DNA of 63,979 bases, counting the filler, from Rhabdomonas costata (lineage: Eukaryota), in the NCBI GenBank assembly GCA_019059605.1. It is 53 parts of 53 records of this genome, joined end to end, with 100 filler letters (N's around TTAATTAATTAA, not from the genome) between each part and the next. Parts side by side here need not be neighbours in the genome. Positions count along the whole stretch, not along the records: positions 9,677 to 10,786 come from JAHMHO010028119.1; positions 10,887 to 11,996 come from JAHMHO010028120.1; positions 12,097 to 13,206 come from JAHMHO010028121.1; positions 13,307 to 14,415 come from JAHMHO010028122.1; positions 14,516 to 15,625 come from JAHMHO010028123.1; positions 15,726 to 16,835 come from JAHMHO010028124.1; positions 16,936 to 18,045 come from JAHMHO010028125.1; positions 18,146 to 19,256 come from JAHMHO010028126.1; 45 more parts are not named here. One strand, written 5' to 3'. The first letter of the stretch is position 1. Each line of letters starts with the position of its first letter. Made by a program: the position numbers and the translations under genes. Below are positions 9,913 through 22,528 of the stretch, piece by piece. The notes beneath the pieces are model-generated. The model was not told the origin of the DNA. It saw only the letters and a list, made by a program, of their open reading frames with translations, and ran no database searches.

Positions 9913-12583
9913 AGCGTAACGCGTTCAGATTAAGAGGATTCCAGTGCTGCTCCGCCTTGCTCCAGCTTTTGCTTTGGACCCATGACTCGAGATGTTGGCC
10001 ATCTGTAACTTTGTCGTGTGACTGCGGTCAGGTGCACTCCCTTTTCATTCAAACCCCGTGGACAAGCATTGGTTGGGGATATACCTCCTCCCCGCTCTGT
10101 CGGTTTCTGTGTGAAATTCTGTCTAACCATTGTGCGCGACGCCTGTCTATCCATATTGTCATGTTTTTTGGGCTTTGCGTTGCACCTCTGCTTGCCGCAG
10201 TTGGTTGCCTCCATAAAAATACGGCTTTCTTTGTTCCAGATTTCAGGTCTCCTTTCCCGTCTCCATTGCATTGTTCGGGTGTACCCATCATTCGGGTGTA
10301 AACAAGACGGTGTGTGTCACCCACCCCCCTCCCCAGTTGGTGCTGCTAGTAGAGCAGTAACTTTGCCTATGATCTTCTTTCTGGCCCTCCACGCTCTCCT
10401 CTTCTGATGATCCCGACTACAATGGAACATCCGGGTGACGGTGTGTGCTGCGGATATCAGTGATGCGGGAGCTTTCCTGGTCTTCTCGAGCTTGCCGTCC
10501 TTCAGGCCTTCTTGTTGCTCTTTTTTTTCCTCTCAAGTGCGTGCTTTTAAGATGGACCATGTTTGGGCCACGTTCAGATCTTGGTGGCCAGACTTTTCTT
10601 TGATGCACCCAATACTCCTGTACCTCGTTATTTCGCCAGGTCAGGTCAGATCGTCCCGCTTGCGGGCGCGAGGGCGCCTGTGGAGATACTGACCCCCTCC
10701 TGCTCTTATGTGTTTACACATTGTGCCAGTGTCATATGCTTTCTCGTTCTCCTTCTTACTCTTTCTCAACCTCCCAACCAAACCCCNNNNNNNNNNNNNN
10801 NNNNNNNNNNNNNNNNNNNNNNNNNNNNNNTTAATTAATTAANNNNNNNNNNNNNNNNNNNNNNNNNNNNNNNNNNNNNNNNNNNNGTTGGTTGGTAGTC
10901 CAAAGCTCCTGAATTTTCGCCCGAATTTTAATTTGAGTCTCTCTTTTAACTTTTCTTTTTCTGAACGGGTTTTCAGGAGTTTTCCAGCGTAGAAACTGGT
11001 TTTTACTCTGCATTTTTAAGGTGATCCGATTGGTAGCATTCTGACTTTTTGACTTAGCGAAATAAAAGTGTCCACCGCGATAGAATCAGAACAAAATGAT
11101 GACAACGACAGGATAACATCGTTTGCACACCAAGGCAGGAGGCACCCGCCCAAGAAGCGGGTGCCGAGGAAGCGAACGAGCAGTCTGAGGGGTTCGGGCT
11201 CAAAGTGACGGCAGAGGTGCAGTTCGAGGAGACCGAGACGTTCGAAGAGACGTTTTGCCTCGCAAAGATCTCCACAGAGCACCCTACACCGAACCGCAAA
11301 AAAAAAATCGCGTGCCAGTCTACAGACGCGGGGCAGACGAAGAAACGAAGGATTCTCTCACGGAAGATAAACCGAAGCAGGCGGGTTTTTGTGTGCAAAC
11401 AGGACGCCTCCCGAAACGCTGCGTGGCCGGTCTTTGGGGTCAGCGTTTCCTTACCTTTCACTTTTTCACTTGTGGTATTTTCGTTTTCATTTGAGCCGCT
11501 GGGGAAAAAGTCAACTGGTGGATACCCTCCCTCACTGGAAGATCTAACAAGCGGAAAGATGCCCCCCCTCCCGGAACCCTCGCTTTGCGTCGCCACCAAA
11601 CCCGCTGCAAAAATTCTATTGGCATCACCCACAGTAGGAGATCGCAAGAAAGGGCATGTCTCTTCACTGTTAAGGTTTTTCCACGTGTTGAACATGGGCT
11701 CGCGCCGGCCCTCCTCGGAATACCCGACGCTAACTCAGCCCAACCCAACCACCAACCACCGGGACCATTAATGTCGCATGAATGCTCTTTGACATTAATG
11801 CCTTTTTGGATGTGTGTGTCCATGACATAAATGACTCCCAAATGGTCAGCATTGCGTATCCCCGCATGTTTGGGCTCTCCCGTGATGGCTTGGAAACGGC
11901 CAGAGAGGCCCAATCGTGCGCCACTACCAGGAGAAAAAATCCCATCCACGCACACTGCGGACAGAATAAAGCCACTTCCTGTACCTTCAACACAAANNNN
12001 NNNNNNNNNNNNNNNNNNNNNNNNNNNNNNNNNNNNNNNNTTAATTAATTAANNNNNNNNNNNNNNNNNNNNNNNNNNNNNNNNNNNNNNNNNNNNCCCC
12101 CCCCCAAAAAAAAACGAAAGGGCTCGAGCTTTATGCATGAAACCGTACTCCTACTCCCGGAGTTGCAGCTTTCCGAGAGGCCAGCGCATGTTTAAACCCC
12201 CGAAGAAACATAGCCATTGGAAACTCCTGCAACAAAAACACATGGCACATTCAAATGCATTTGCAAAGACCGGGGATTGATGACAATGCCCCGTCTTGCT
12301 CGTATGTTATTGCCTCGTGTGCGTGTTTATACGGGGCGGGGGAGCAACAATAAAAAACAGCGCCGTAATTACCCGGCCAGAGCATCGTTTTGCATGGCAT
12401 GAAGTTGCTTCCGAGATTTAAAAACATCCATAAAACATCCTTAAGATTCATGTCGTGAGACACCGTTATGTTCCAACCACAATCTCAAAGCGCTCAGCGC
12501 CCGCCCTTCCCAGGCTTTGCACCATGAGAGGAATAGGTGGAAATCGGGGGCCCTCTCTCACAAGGATGGGTGGTTCTGCAAAC

Positions 12584-12726
12584 CGAGTCTCTTCGCACCA
12601 CGCTCCCCATGTGCCATCCGCGGTCTGGGGCCGTGCTCTTGCAAAGTAGGCGTGGTTGGGCTTCAGGTAATCAATGGTGAAGGTTCCCCCGGCGCACTGG
12701 TCTTTCTCCACGAGCCCGTTGTAGAC
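12584..12726 (-). CDS. Fibronectin type III domain exon
   Basis: VYNG...TFTIDYLKPNHAYFARARPQTADGTWGAWCE matches the FN3 LxPxxxYxxRVRA...G.WS pattern. cag/gt boundaries. Confidence 0.65.
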
Positions 12727-13646
12727 CTGTGACGGGAGGTGGGGATCCCAAAGAACCTGTTCTCGGCCCAAAGTCGAGACTTTTTTTTAGCCTGGTGTGG
12801 TTCAAAATAAAGTATATCCAGGATTATCCAGGATTTCGACCCTACTTCCCGTTCCCGAAGCTCGAAGCGAGGTTGTCAGGCATTTCAGCGATAGTAATCA
12901 TCATTTCTTGCCGCTTTACTTTTCCCTTTGGTCCTCGGGGTGCGTGGAAAGGGTATGGAGTTGTTTGGAAACCCACTTAGCAGAATAATTGGGAATCAGG
13001 AATGCATCACGAAAGCCTTGGATTCATTCCACCGCTGGTTCAACCAGGAACACCCCGTAGTAAAACTGTCCCTTGTGATTCTTGCAAAGTGCGTTGCGGT
13101 TGCTCTTTTGAAAAGATTTGGGAGTCACCAGCAGCAAGAGTAAGGGAATGAGAAGGTGGCGCAGAGCATTGAATACCACAAGAAACTACCCAACATAACA
13201 AAAAAANNNNNNNNNNNNNNNNNNNNNNNNNNNNNNNNNNNNNNNNNNNNTTAATTAATTAANNNNNNNNNNNNNNNNNNNNNNNNNNNNNNNNNNNNNN
13301 NNNNNNCCTCCACGCACCAAACAACTAAAATACGAGATAAGAATACCCTTGAGAGGGAGGGTAAAGTTGCCGAGCCAGTTTAGCGTGGCTGTTTTTTAAT
13401 TACGCTGTGGTGCTGCCGTAAAACCTCCGCTGCGTGGGGCACGAAGCGGCGCAAAAGGGATACGAAAGAGCCGCCAAGGGGCACCACAACCGGCCGATAG
13501 TGCAAGGAAAAATCTGACCCACAAGGAGCAAATTCTCCCTTCTCTCTCACTTCCGATAAAGATCCTGCCACCAGACGAAACAAATATTGATCCAGCAATT
13601 TGGTGCCATCGAAATTCGGGGGTGGGGCTCTTGGGAAGCAGCACAC

Positions 13647-14159
13647 CTGTACTGAAAGGTGTTCATGCCCCTGGAGCGGCGGTACGCGTTGAGGGAATAG
13701 AGGTTGGCCCAGATGTAGTAGTTGAAGTAGATCTGAATCAGGTCCGTGCGTTTGCCATTATATATATACACGCTACCAGTGCCGAAGAGACGATGCCCGC
13801 TTTGGCTTGTGTACTTATGTTCTTATGTACTTTTTTTATGTTCTTTGAATTAAGTAAGGAAAGGTCCCCGCTGTGCTCCATGGATAATTCATGGAAACCA
13901 CAGGTAAAATGAAAGGTCTGGAATCAGCGCTTGGTATTGATTTATACACACAAACACATTCCTAGCAAAAAAAAACGACGCAAAAGAAAAACGCCACTTC
14001 GAAACATTATTGATAAACGCAAACAAGACGAACAAACGCAATTGAGAACAGCGGAGAGAAAGGGATTATATTGGCAGGATGGCATACGTCTGGGGGGTTC
14101 CTGTGCCACGGCCACTCCAGAGGAGGCTGAAACTCTGGCAAGATTTGCCCTTTGGTGAC
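13647..14159 (-). CDS. AMPD: AMP deaminase fragment (exons 14159-14088 and 13732-13647)
   Basis: The spliced peptide PPLEWPWHRNPPD|IYFNYYIWANLYSLNAYRRSRGMNTFQYR matches the AMPD motif P.EW....NPP..YY.YY..AN...LN..R..RG.NTF..RPH. Confidence 0.85.
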
Positions 14160-14519
14160 CTGAACGAAAAAGACGAGCCCACACCAGAAAGAAAACCAAA
14201 GGTCTTCCTTCCGTACCATAACGAACAGAATAACCTCAGGGCTGGTCAAATGAGGTAGTGTCGGATCTCAGGAGCAGAGTTCATATATATAGGGTATAAA
14301 CAAGAGGTGGCCAGTCAGTGCATCTGCGGAACGGTACTACCGTCAGAGAAATGACGGTGCAGTTCAGCTGTTTTGCATTTCTGGATAATCGGGTTCACTC
14401 ACACCAGCAAACACANNNNNNNNNNNNNNNNNNNNNNNNNNNNNNNNNNNNNNNNNNNNTTAATTAATTAANNNNNNNNNNNNNNNNNNNNNNNNNNNNN
14501 NNNNNNNNNNNNNNNTTTG

Positions 14520-14609
14520 TTTTTGAAAAATGGCACTACGTCGTCTTTGCACCCTCCTATTTATATATAGATCACACTGCAGAGACGACGTAGTGCCATT
14601 TTTCAAAAA
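14520..14609. repeat. Contig-terminal inverted repeat (~32-bp arms, 1 mismatch)
   Basis: Arms at 14520-14551 and 14578-14609, at the contig start. Confidence 0.8.
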
Positions 14610-15813
14610 GAAAAATCATTGACATCCTGGCACTCAAAAATGCTGTGAAGGACGTTCTTGGATGGTTTCCTGAATCTTTCCTTAACACGACTATGTATCA
14701 CTGATTTTACATCAATCAACGAAATCTATTTTTGCATCAAAGGTAAGTGTCCAACTTCAAACGTCTCTTTGAAACTTACAAAATGTGGAATCTTGCAGCA
14801 GCGTGGCACGGAGAGTGGTTTGATTAAGATTCAGTACGTTGAATGGAATGAGGGAGGCATGCTGAAAAGATTGAGTTGCGTGCAATGCAAATTTACTACA
14901 AAAGCGACTGTCAATATCTCTCTTTTCTGCCCTCTTTCAGTCAGCCGCTTCTTTTCAAAACTACTTGCAGGATGTCTATAACATGACAGAGCCTTTTTTT
15001 TTACACCTTTTTCCGAAGTCAAATCTAGAATCCAATTATAGGTTTTCAAGCAACAAACTTTCTGATATTTTACATGCAAAGCACATTTTCATGGTGATTT
15101 ACAGAGAAGGCAGGGTTTTTATGGAAAAAGAATAATAGAATTCACACTTCGAAACAATATAGTGCAAATAGTTCATCTTCATACCAGCAACAGATCTTAG
15201 GCCACAAACAGAATTTCCCCAGCATATTCTTGTTTGGACATTCAACTGGAACATTATAGTCCCATCATAGGTCATTCAAAAAGCACAACAAACAAAGCCT
15301 AATCAGCAGTGCGACAATGTTGCCACACCATGCTGCACATATCAGGTTTGTCCGTGAAACAATGCGGCGCATTGACACACATCCCACGTTCAAACAGACA
15401 ACTCAAACGATCTGCCCATTCTGACGCTGAAGGCTTCTGGTACACATGCAATCATACTTGAAAGGGAAGGGTTCCGGCAGGCGGAAAACACAATACCGAT
15501 CGCAAGCAGACAACAAAAGCCAGTTGAAGTACGCCTAGGTGGAGTCGGGTCACAATTATCACATTAGAAAAGCGTGCGCGTCAACCAGACAAACCTTCAC
15601 GGCAAGCAGCCAAGAAAACACAACANNNNNNNNNNNNNNNNNNNNNNNNNNNNNNNNNNNNNNNNNNNNTTAATTAATTAANNNNNNNNNNNNNNNNNNN
15701 NNNNNNNNNNNNNNNNNNNNNNNNNGGGGTTTGGGTGACCTGCACTTGTGCGTGGTGGTCTTGCGCCTTCTTCTGTCGTGCTCACGCCCTGCACATCATT
15801 CCTTTGTCTGCAG

Positions 15814-16713
15814 GACGGCAATGGCCGCACGGTGGCCCACTGCGCCGCGGAGGCTTGCAGCTGGAAGACCCTTCCCCTTGTGCTGGACCACAGCGAGGCA
15901 CGTGGGCTGGACCTTAGCGCAGCCACTGAGAGCGGGGGGCACACTGTGTTGCACCTCACGGTGCAGAACGGCGCGCCCTTTGGGGTTGTGGAGAAGCTGA
16001 TCTCCCTGGGAGCCCCCCTCACTGCCAAGGCACTGATTGATGCACCTCGTGCGCGGACATGACACGTGCACGTACACGCACAGGGACACATAGATGCGCC
16101 GTTCCAGGCGAGTCGTTTTGCAAGCCATCTCCCACGGAAGTCCCCACTAGTTTTTCTGTGGGTGGTAGTTGGTTGGTGGGGCAAGACCAACAAAGGGGTG
16201 GGTCACCAGAAAATGTGTGGGCTAATTACGCGCAAGCTTTAAACGTCTGGACGCGAGGACCATTGGTGCGATGTTTGTGTAGGATGGGGGGGGGGGTACT
16301 GGAAGGATTTGTTTTCTGGATCGAGTTCTTCTCTCATTGCGTCGAAGCTAAGAAACGCGTACAAAAGAACGAAATGCTTTTACGATGGGAAACCGTCGCA
16401 GGCAAGCTCATTGAGAACAAAAACCCTGCAAAGAAAGCAAAAAGTGGAAGGCCGAAGGTGGACGCCCCAAGTTTACCTCTGTGTGTAGAGAGGGCGTCAG
16501 CGGTAGAGGTATTTCTCTTCAGGCTCATTTTCTCCCCAGCTGATTGAGTTACGGCCCTCCTAGTCCTTTTCAAAAGCTGTGCCTTTCTCTTTCCCTCTCT
16601 CATGCTCGCTTCAGAACTCCGAGGGGGCCACCCCACTGCACGACGCGGGTTTTCATGGCCGCGCCCAGGCCTTCGCCGCGCTGCTGGCCGCGGGGGCGGA
16701 CGCCAATGCTCAG
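15814..16713 (+). CDS. Ankyrin-repeat protein (exons 15814-16029 and 16615-16713)
   Basis: DGNGRTVAHCAA...GGHTVLHLTVQNG...LGAPLTAK|NSEGATPLHDAGFHG...LLAAGADANAQ. The second exon is exactly 33 codons, one repeat. Confidence 0.9.
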
Positions 16714-17101
16714 GTCGGCGTATGTATGCGGTTGCGTACTACTACTATACTACTTATGTTACTTATGTTACTTACCTACTGTGCTCATTTCTTATTTCCA
16801 GGAACGCCTGCAGAAAAAAAAAGAAACAACCAAAANNNNNNNNNNNNNNNNNNNNNNNNNNNNNNNNNNNNNNNNNNNNTTAATTAATTAANNNNNNNNN
16901 NNNNNNNNNNNNNNNNNNNNNNNNNNNNNNNNNNNTTTTGGGTGGAGTTTTAGGTTGCTTAGCTGCCAATTGCCAGGTCGAATACAACTACATAGTCACA
17001 GGCGCCCCTTAAATGTTGGTCAGCAAAACTATTCGCAGCTAAGCAACCTAAAACTCCACCTGCCGCCGGTGCACACCAACACCAGACTTAGAAGGAAGAA
17101 C

Positions 17102-17852
17102 CTGGAGGTCCCATCAGGAAGATATCCTGCCCCATGGAGTCCTTCTGCATCATCCACCTCAGCTGCTGGAGGACGACCTGGGTGTCCATCAGGTACTTAA
17201 GCTGAGGTACGCGGAAGGGCTTGTTGTTCTCCGGGATGGTCACGCTGGCGTCATGGATGGTCACCGTGCCTGGAGAAGCACAATTATCGATTATGTTATT
17301 AGGAGCACAACAACCGGACACGACGCCACATAGTACTCTGCACAAACAATTTCACTCTGCAGAATAACTCTTTCCATGTGCCAGTCCAATGCCGATGGGT
17401 GCAGTAACGGAAGAAGGGAACATCGAAACAACAATGCTCCCTCCACGTTTTTTGTGGTGCAACAGGGTTAGCGCGTGCACGCAGTTATGAGCTTTGTCAG
17501 TGGCCACACGAATTACGTTACTGTCATGTTTCAGAGTAAAGATAAGGTGCTAATCTTTGTATGCGTTTCATCCAGGACGCAACACCCTCCTGACAGCTAA
17601 TTAAAAGGAGATTTTAGGAAGAAGCAACCGCGGGTAAGCTGGGCACATTCACGTTACCAAACAGATTCACAAAGGAGTCCACAGAATGAGTCGAGCAGGT
17701 GATATTCGTATTTACTAATGAATGGTCCGCGGGCAAAGGAATATGGTACACAGTGAGCAATGGGCCGCGCAAAGCATACCGAAGGACCGACTGGGATGAA
17801 GCCGCAACGCCCATTGCCGCTGAATTGCGGCACGAGCCAAGAAGTAGCGCAT
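17102..17852 (-). CDS. VWA8: VWA8-like mitochondrial AAA+ ATPase, 5' exons (17852-17780 and 17269-17102)
   Basis: The Arg-rich, acid-free presequence MRYFLARAAIQRQWALRLHPSRSF joins in phase 1 to ...QVVLQQLRWMMQKDSMGQDIFLMGPPG. This matches the VWA8 motif LRWxMQKDxLGQDxFLxGPPG. Confidence 0.88.
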
Positions 17853-20557
17853 TCTTCGGTCGACGCCCGCTTTTGGCGGAGCGCAACACAAAGGAGTAAA
17901 ACAGAGGTAATGGAGAAAAAAGGAGAGAAGAGAAGAGAACCCTGAAGGAACAGATACAAGCCTCCTTCCATAAACAAAAGGTAAACTATATTGCAGAAAA
18001 TTCAGTGGTTCTACCAATGTGTCGAGATCTTCTTCCAAACAACAANNNNNNNNNNNNNNNNNNNNNNNNNNNNNNNNNNNNNNNNNNNNTTAATTAATTA
18101 ANNNNNNNNNNNNNNNNNNNNNNNNNNNNNNNNNNNNNNNNNNNNTGTGGGGGTGTGCTTTCGACTGTATGATGTCTGCGGTGTGCTTTGGCTTCCCCAC
18201 TTCTAACAAACACGCGCACTTCATGGGGTGTGAGTGTGCCCTTTGGCCTTTCACAGCTTTCCCCTATTCCCGGCTTGTGCGTAGAAGCAAGGCGAGCACA
18301 GCAACAGCCAAACAGTACGAACAAGGCAAGCCAGCCAAACCTCCTTCCTGTCCTCCCGGGTCTGCTTTCCACGGCCTTTTGGCTCAACTTCTCCAAACTT
18401 GCGAGGCCAACTCGTCGTGTGCTCAGCTCTGCGGCCTTGTCCTCCTCAACGTCGTCCTCCGGAACGGCTATCCTCAGCACCGTCCTCCTGCGCCTTCTTC
18501 TTCTTGTTTTCCGCCGCCTTCGCTGCTAGCACTCTGCTCAAAGCTTCAGCTTGACAGCCTCTGCTCCTAAACTCTCTTTCTGAAACCTCTCCTTTGAGAA
18601 ACCTGCTTTCCACACTCTCTTCTCCACTGGCATTTGCTCTACACCACTGCCTTCTCCAAAAAGCTGTCCTTACGAACTGCCTGCTGCTGATTCGCTTTTC
18701 TACTGCTCTCGCACAGATTTACAATTTCTTGAACACCTTCAAAGCCTCCACTGATCTCTGATCTTTAAAAGGATCTCCTCCGAGCTCCCCACCAACTTCT
18801 GGGACTAACCAAGCTTCCAAGCTACTACGAAAATCTTGTCTGGCTCACCCAGCTGTTTCTTTTTTCTTCTACTACAAAACGTTCTTCCTACGTATGCTGA
18901 GCCGTTACATAGAAGGCAATGATCAGATCTAAGGGGTTTTCGCGTGGGCGGACGCCATTGCGATAGAAGGGTGCTGTCACGGCCCCGGTGTGACAAGATA
19001 GAGAGAGAAGTCATGTGGGTGTGGCTAGAGAAGGTGTGGAGCATTACAGAAGAGAAAAGAGAGGCAATGTCATGAGAGAGAATGGAAGTGAATGATGCAA
19101 GCAAGGAAGAGTGCAGTGAGGGAAGGCGTGGATTCCAGAGCGGATGAGACCAAGAGAAGACAGCGGATGAGATCAAGAGGTGAGGGTAGTACAGTGGATT
19201 TCATGGAACGATGTTGGAGAGGAGAGTTTTTTCTGAGTTTGTTTTCAGCAGGATTCNNNNNNNNNNNNNNNNNNNNNNNNNNNNNNNNNNNNNNNNNNNN
19301 TTAATTAATTAANNNNNNNNNNNNNNNNNNNNNNNNNNNNNNNNNNNNNNNNNNNNGCGGGAAGCTGGTGAGCGTTTTGTATGCCGAGAATGTTTGAGAG
19401 CAAGTCCGCTCTTGTGTTCCACGTTTTTGTATTTGTAGTGGTAATGACGCGCACCATTGTAAGCTTTGGTTTGCGTTACTTCCCATGTTGTGCAGCACTT
19501 CGACAACCTTTGCATGCTTTCTGCTACAGATTTTCTAGTTGAAGCCTGCACTTGGGGTGTGTTTTTTAGGCATTGGATTCGGTGGGGTGAGAGTTTGTTT
19601 TTCTTCTCGTTACTAGCGGAAGTTTTTTTATATGTATTTCGTCGAAAATGACGAACTAGAAAATTTTCTCTAACACCTGCTGGAACTCCTGGGAATCGAA
19701 GTAGGCAACGTAAAAGTGCTATTTGGCCCACTTGTGCCAGAATAAAGTAATCCTGGGTTCTACCCTTGGGTCAAGCAAAGGTCGAGTGAAGCCGGGTGTT
19801 CGGGCGGGGGTCCGCAGGGGTGAGATAACGTCCCTGAGCCCATGGATTTTTTCTAAATACCTTCGAGAGCATTTTCCATTCCAAATTGAACCTTGACTGG
19901 GTTATGTCTCAACGTATTCACGTTGAGACATAACGTTGAGAAATCCAACGCCAGCGAGTGACCAACCAATTAATAACTTGACACCGAAGATCACGTTCAT
20001 TTGGATAATTCTAAATCAACAATTAAAAAGCCGAAGTCACTTGTCATCCACTTTTACTAAAGTTCTCGTATATGGCATTTGTATTGTTCCTCATAATCGG
20101 TATTTTTTAATGAATTGGTCGCATACATAAACGTGACCCTTATTATTTTTGAAAGGAAGCAACAGTTTGCCAATATGAAGAACTAACCAAAAGGAAGTAT
20201 TATTTTCCGTGTAAAAAACACTTTTGCTCCTAAAAAAACTCACATTGAGGTTAAGAATTATTCCAGAGTTAGATTTCGCATTTTCCGCGTTATTCAAATA
20301 GACGCGTCACAGCGGTTGAGCCCCAAGTCCTGAGGATCACGGTAGGTCTCCGTGCGGTCTGGTCTCTGAGTGGCAGATTGACCATAGGGTTTGCCAAACA
20401 CCACGTAGGTAACTCAAATGAGCAGGCCCCCCCCACACACACACACTCACCACAACANNNNNNNNNNNNNNNNNNNNNNNNNNNNNNNNNNNNNNNNNNN
20501 NTTAATTAATTAANNNNNNNNNNNNNNNNNNNNNNNNNNNNNNNNNNNNNNNNNNNN

Positions 20558-20843
20558 GTATTTTTTATCATATAGTGCAAATAAAACTGTATTAATTAAT
20601 AATCCACAATTTTTAAATGATATGTACATCTATGAATCAAAAAAAACAGGATATAAATTACAAAATGAATTAAATTGGAGTTATAGACATGTTATTAATT
20701 ATTTATTTTCAAAGAAATTTGTTCATGATAATGATACAATGTTAATTAAAATTACACATTGGTGTAGAATACATATAACAGATGATCATTTTGCAAATTT
20801 TACAGAGCTACCATTATATGAATATTATTTTAAAATTTATTAA
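20558..20843 (+). CDS. Hypothetical protein, 3' part (probably giant-virus)
   Basis: AT-rich intronless ORF ending at TAA 20843, convergent with the next ORF. Confidence 0.55.
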
Positions 20844-20870
20844 TTAAAAATATATTTCTATATTTTTAAT
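20843..20870. terminator. 12-bp palindromic hairpin between convergent genes (Mimiviridae hairpin-rule-like)
   Basis: attaaaaatata-tttc-tatatttttaat fills almost the entire 30-nt intergenic gap. Confidence 0.6.
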
Positions 20871-20873
20871 AAT

Positions 20874-21667
20874 TCATTCTTTATAATCATTTTCAAAATG
20901 TACAATTCTTGTTTTAGGACGATTTAATAATCCAGAAGATGTTACAGGTCGTTCTTTTATTGTTTTCTCAATGATATCAATATCTGGAATACCTTCACCA
21001 CGATCATATTTCTTTTTAGTTATAACATCAGACATAGGAACACCATCACGTATATATGATTCTTTGTCAATTGTAATACCAGACGGGCTTCCATTGCCAC
21101 GATCATAAATTTGCTTATTAATAATTTCATTAAGAGGTTTAATAACGTCTCGTTCATAATTTTGTTTATATTGAACATCAACACTTGAAGAAATAGGAGA
21201 ACGTTCATAATGTTGTTTTATACAAGATGAACCTTCGTCTGTCATACCAGAAGGACAATCTGGTGAACAAGTACAACAACCGACAGAATGATATCCAGGT
21301 TTACATTTATTATAACAAAGACCATTAACTAATTCTTGATCATCATTACAGATATGTGTTGGTTTTTGTGTATCAATTACACTTGTATTTTTATTATAAC
21401 GTTCACAAGTCATTGTAATATCATTAGTAGTCCAACCTGCAGGACATACCAAATCAGGTTTACTACCAGTATCACGTTTATATGAATCTACTTTACGACA
21501 AGATACACCTTCATCAACAAAATTAGAAGGACATGTCTGCCAACAATTTGAATTTTTACCAATAAATCCTTCTTTACAATAATCATAACATTTATCATTG
21601 ACCATTTCTTTATCATCGGGACATTGATTTTGTTTTTTACAACTAATACCATCATCAATATAATCAT
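20874..21667 (-). CDS. Cys-rich repeat protein (GLCY..C..GY...GC..C...CP.G..D.G..C.K..Y.R) with C-terminal Y(D/E)RG repeats; 5'-partial, giant-virus-like
   Basis: The frame is open from the contig end to the stop at 20874. It is AT-rich and intronless, with repeated Cys modules and ~15-aa YxR repeats of a type I associate with Mimiviridae. Confidence 0.7.
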
Positions 21668-21767
21668 NNNNNNNNNNNNNNNNNNNNNNNNNNNNNNNNN
21701 NNNNNNNNNNNTTAATTAATTAANNNNNNNNNNNNNNNNNNNNNNNNNNNNNNNNNNNNNNNNNNNN

Positions 21768-22495
21768 TTTTTGTGTTCAAGTAATAAAGGGAGCGATGCC
21801 TGATATCCCATAATCCCGAATTTTGCTTTTCTCTTTTTACCGTTACTTCCCGGTAAAGCTGTATTTGCAAGTTTTCCGTTTTGCCGTTCTGTAATCCCGG
21901 AATCCATAGAACCCCAGCAGAATAGTATTTCAGGGTTTAAGGAAAGATCAAACTCAGAATTGTGTGATGTTAACAAAAAAGAGCGCCCCAGGCTTAAGTA
22001 AAGAGTGGGGTCTGAAACACTGCCAAGATACATGTCATAACCGCCGCTTAATAAAAAACTTTCAACTTCATATGATCCTGATAATCCAAACGAGTTGTTA
22101 AAAAAAGTTTTTCTTTGCTGAGATTCAGAACTAAACCAAAATTGAGAATAACTGGCAGATAGAATTAGTTTTTGAGATAAAGAATAAGAGTAGCTTAAAT
22201 AAAGAGTTGTTCCATCCCACTTTTTGGGGGCTTTTGAATAGTATCCAATTGAAGTTCCTGCTGAAAAACCATATGGCAGGTTTACTGTAATCCATGGTTC
22301 GGCTGCAAATTGATTTACTCCGTAATCGCGCATGCTGACATTATAATGTGAGTAACCTGAAACTCCAAATAAAACTACATAGTTGTTTTCAGTTTTATTT
22401 CCCGAATTTAGAGTATCACTGCCCGCAGAAGATCTTGCCGATAAAATAAATGTAAACCCTAATGCAAATAAAAATGACAGTATAATATTTTTCAT
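21768..22495 (-). CDS. Bacterial secreted/outer-membrane beta-barrel-like protein (3'-partial)
   Basis: Sec signal peptide MKNIILSFLFALGFTFILSA is followed by alternating aromatic beta-strands (YLSYSYSL, LSGSY, LSGGYDMY). Confidence 0.7.
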
Positions 22496-22528
22496 AAATA
22501 ATAGAGATAATTTTTATATGCAAATATA

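Noticed and set aside
19226-19250. TTTTTCTGAGTTTGTTTTCAG resembling the Euglena spliced-leader exon
   Set aside because: Only ~9 nt match. There is no following GT donor or SL-RNA structure.
18146-19256. Purine-skewed contig as a LINE ORF1/gag remnant
   Set aside because: Frames are broken and no diagnostic motif (CCHC, RT, endonuclease) was found.
19357-19430. C2H2 zinc-finger-like FVCREC...KSALVFH
   Set aside because: The two halves are in different frames and the spacing is wrong. Too short to support.
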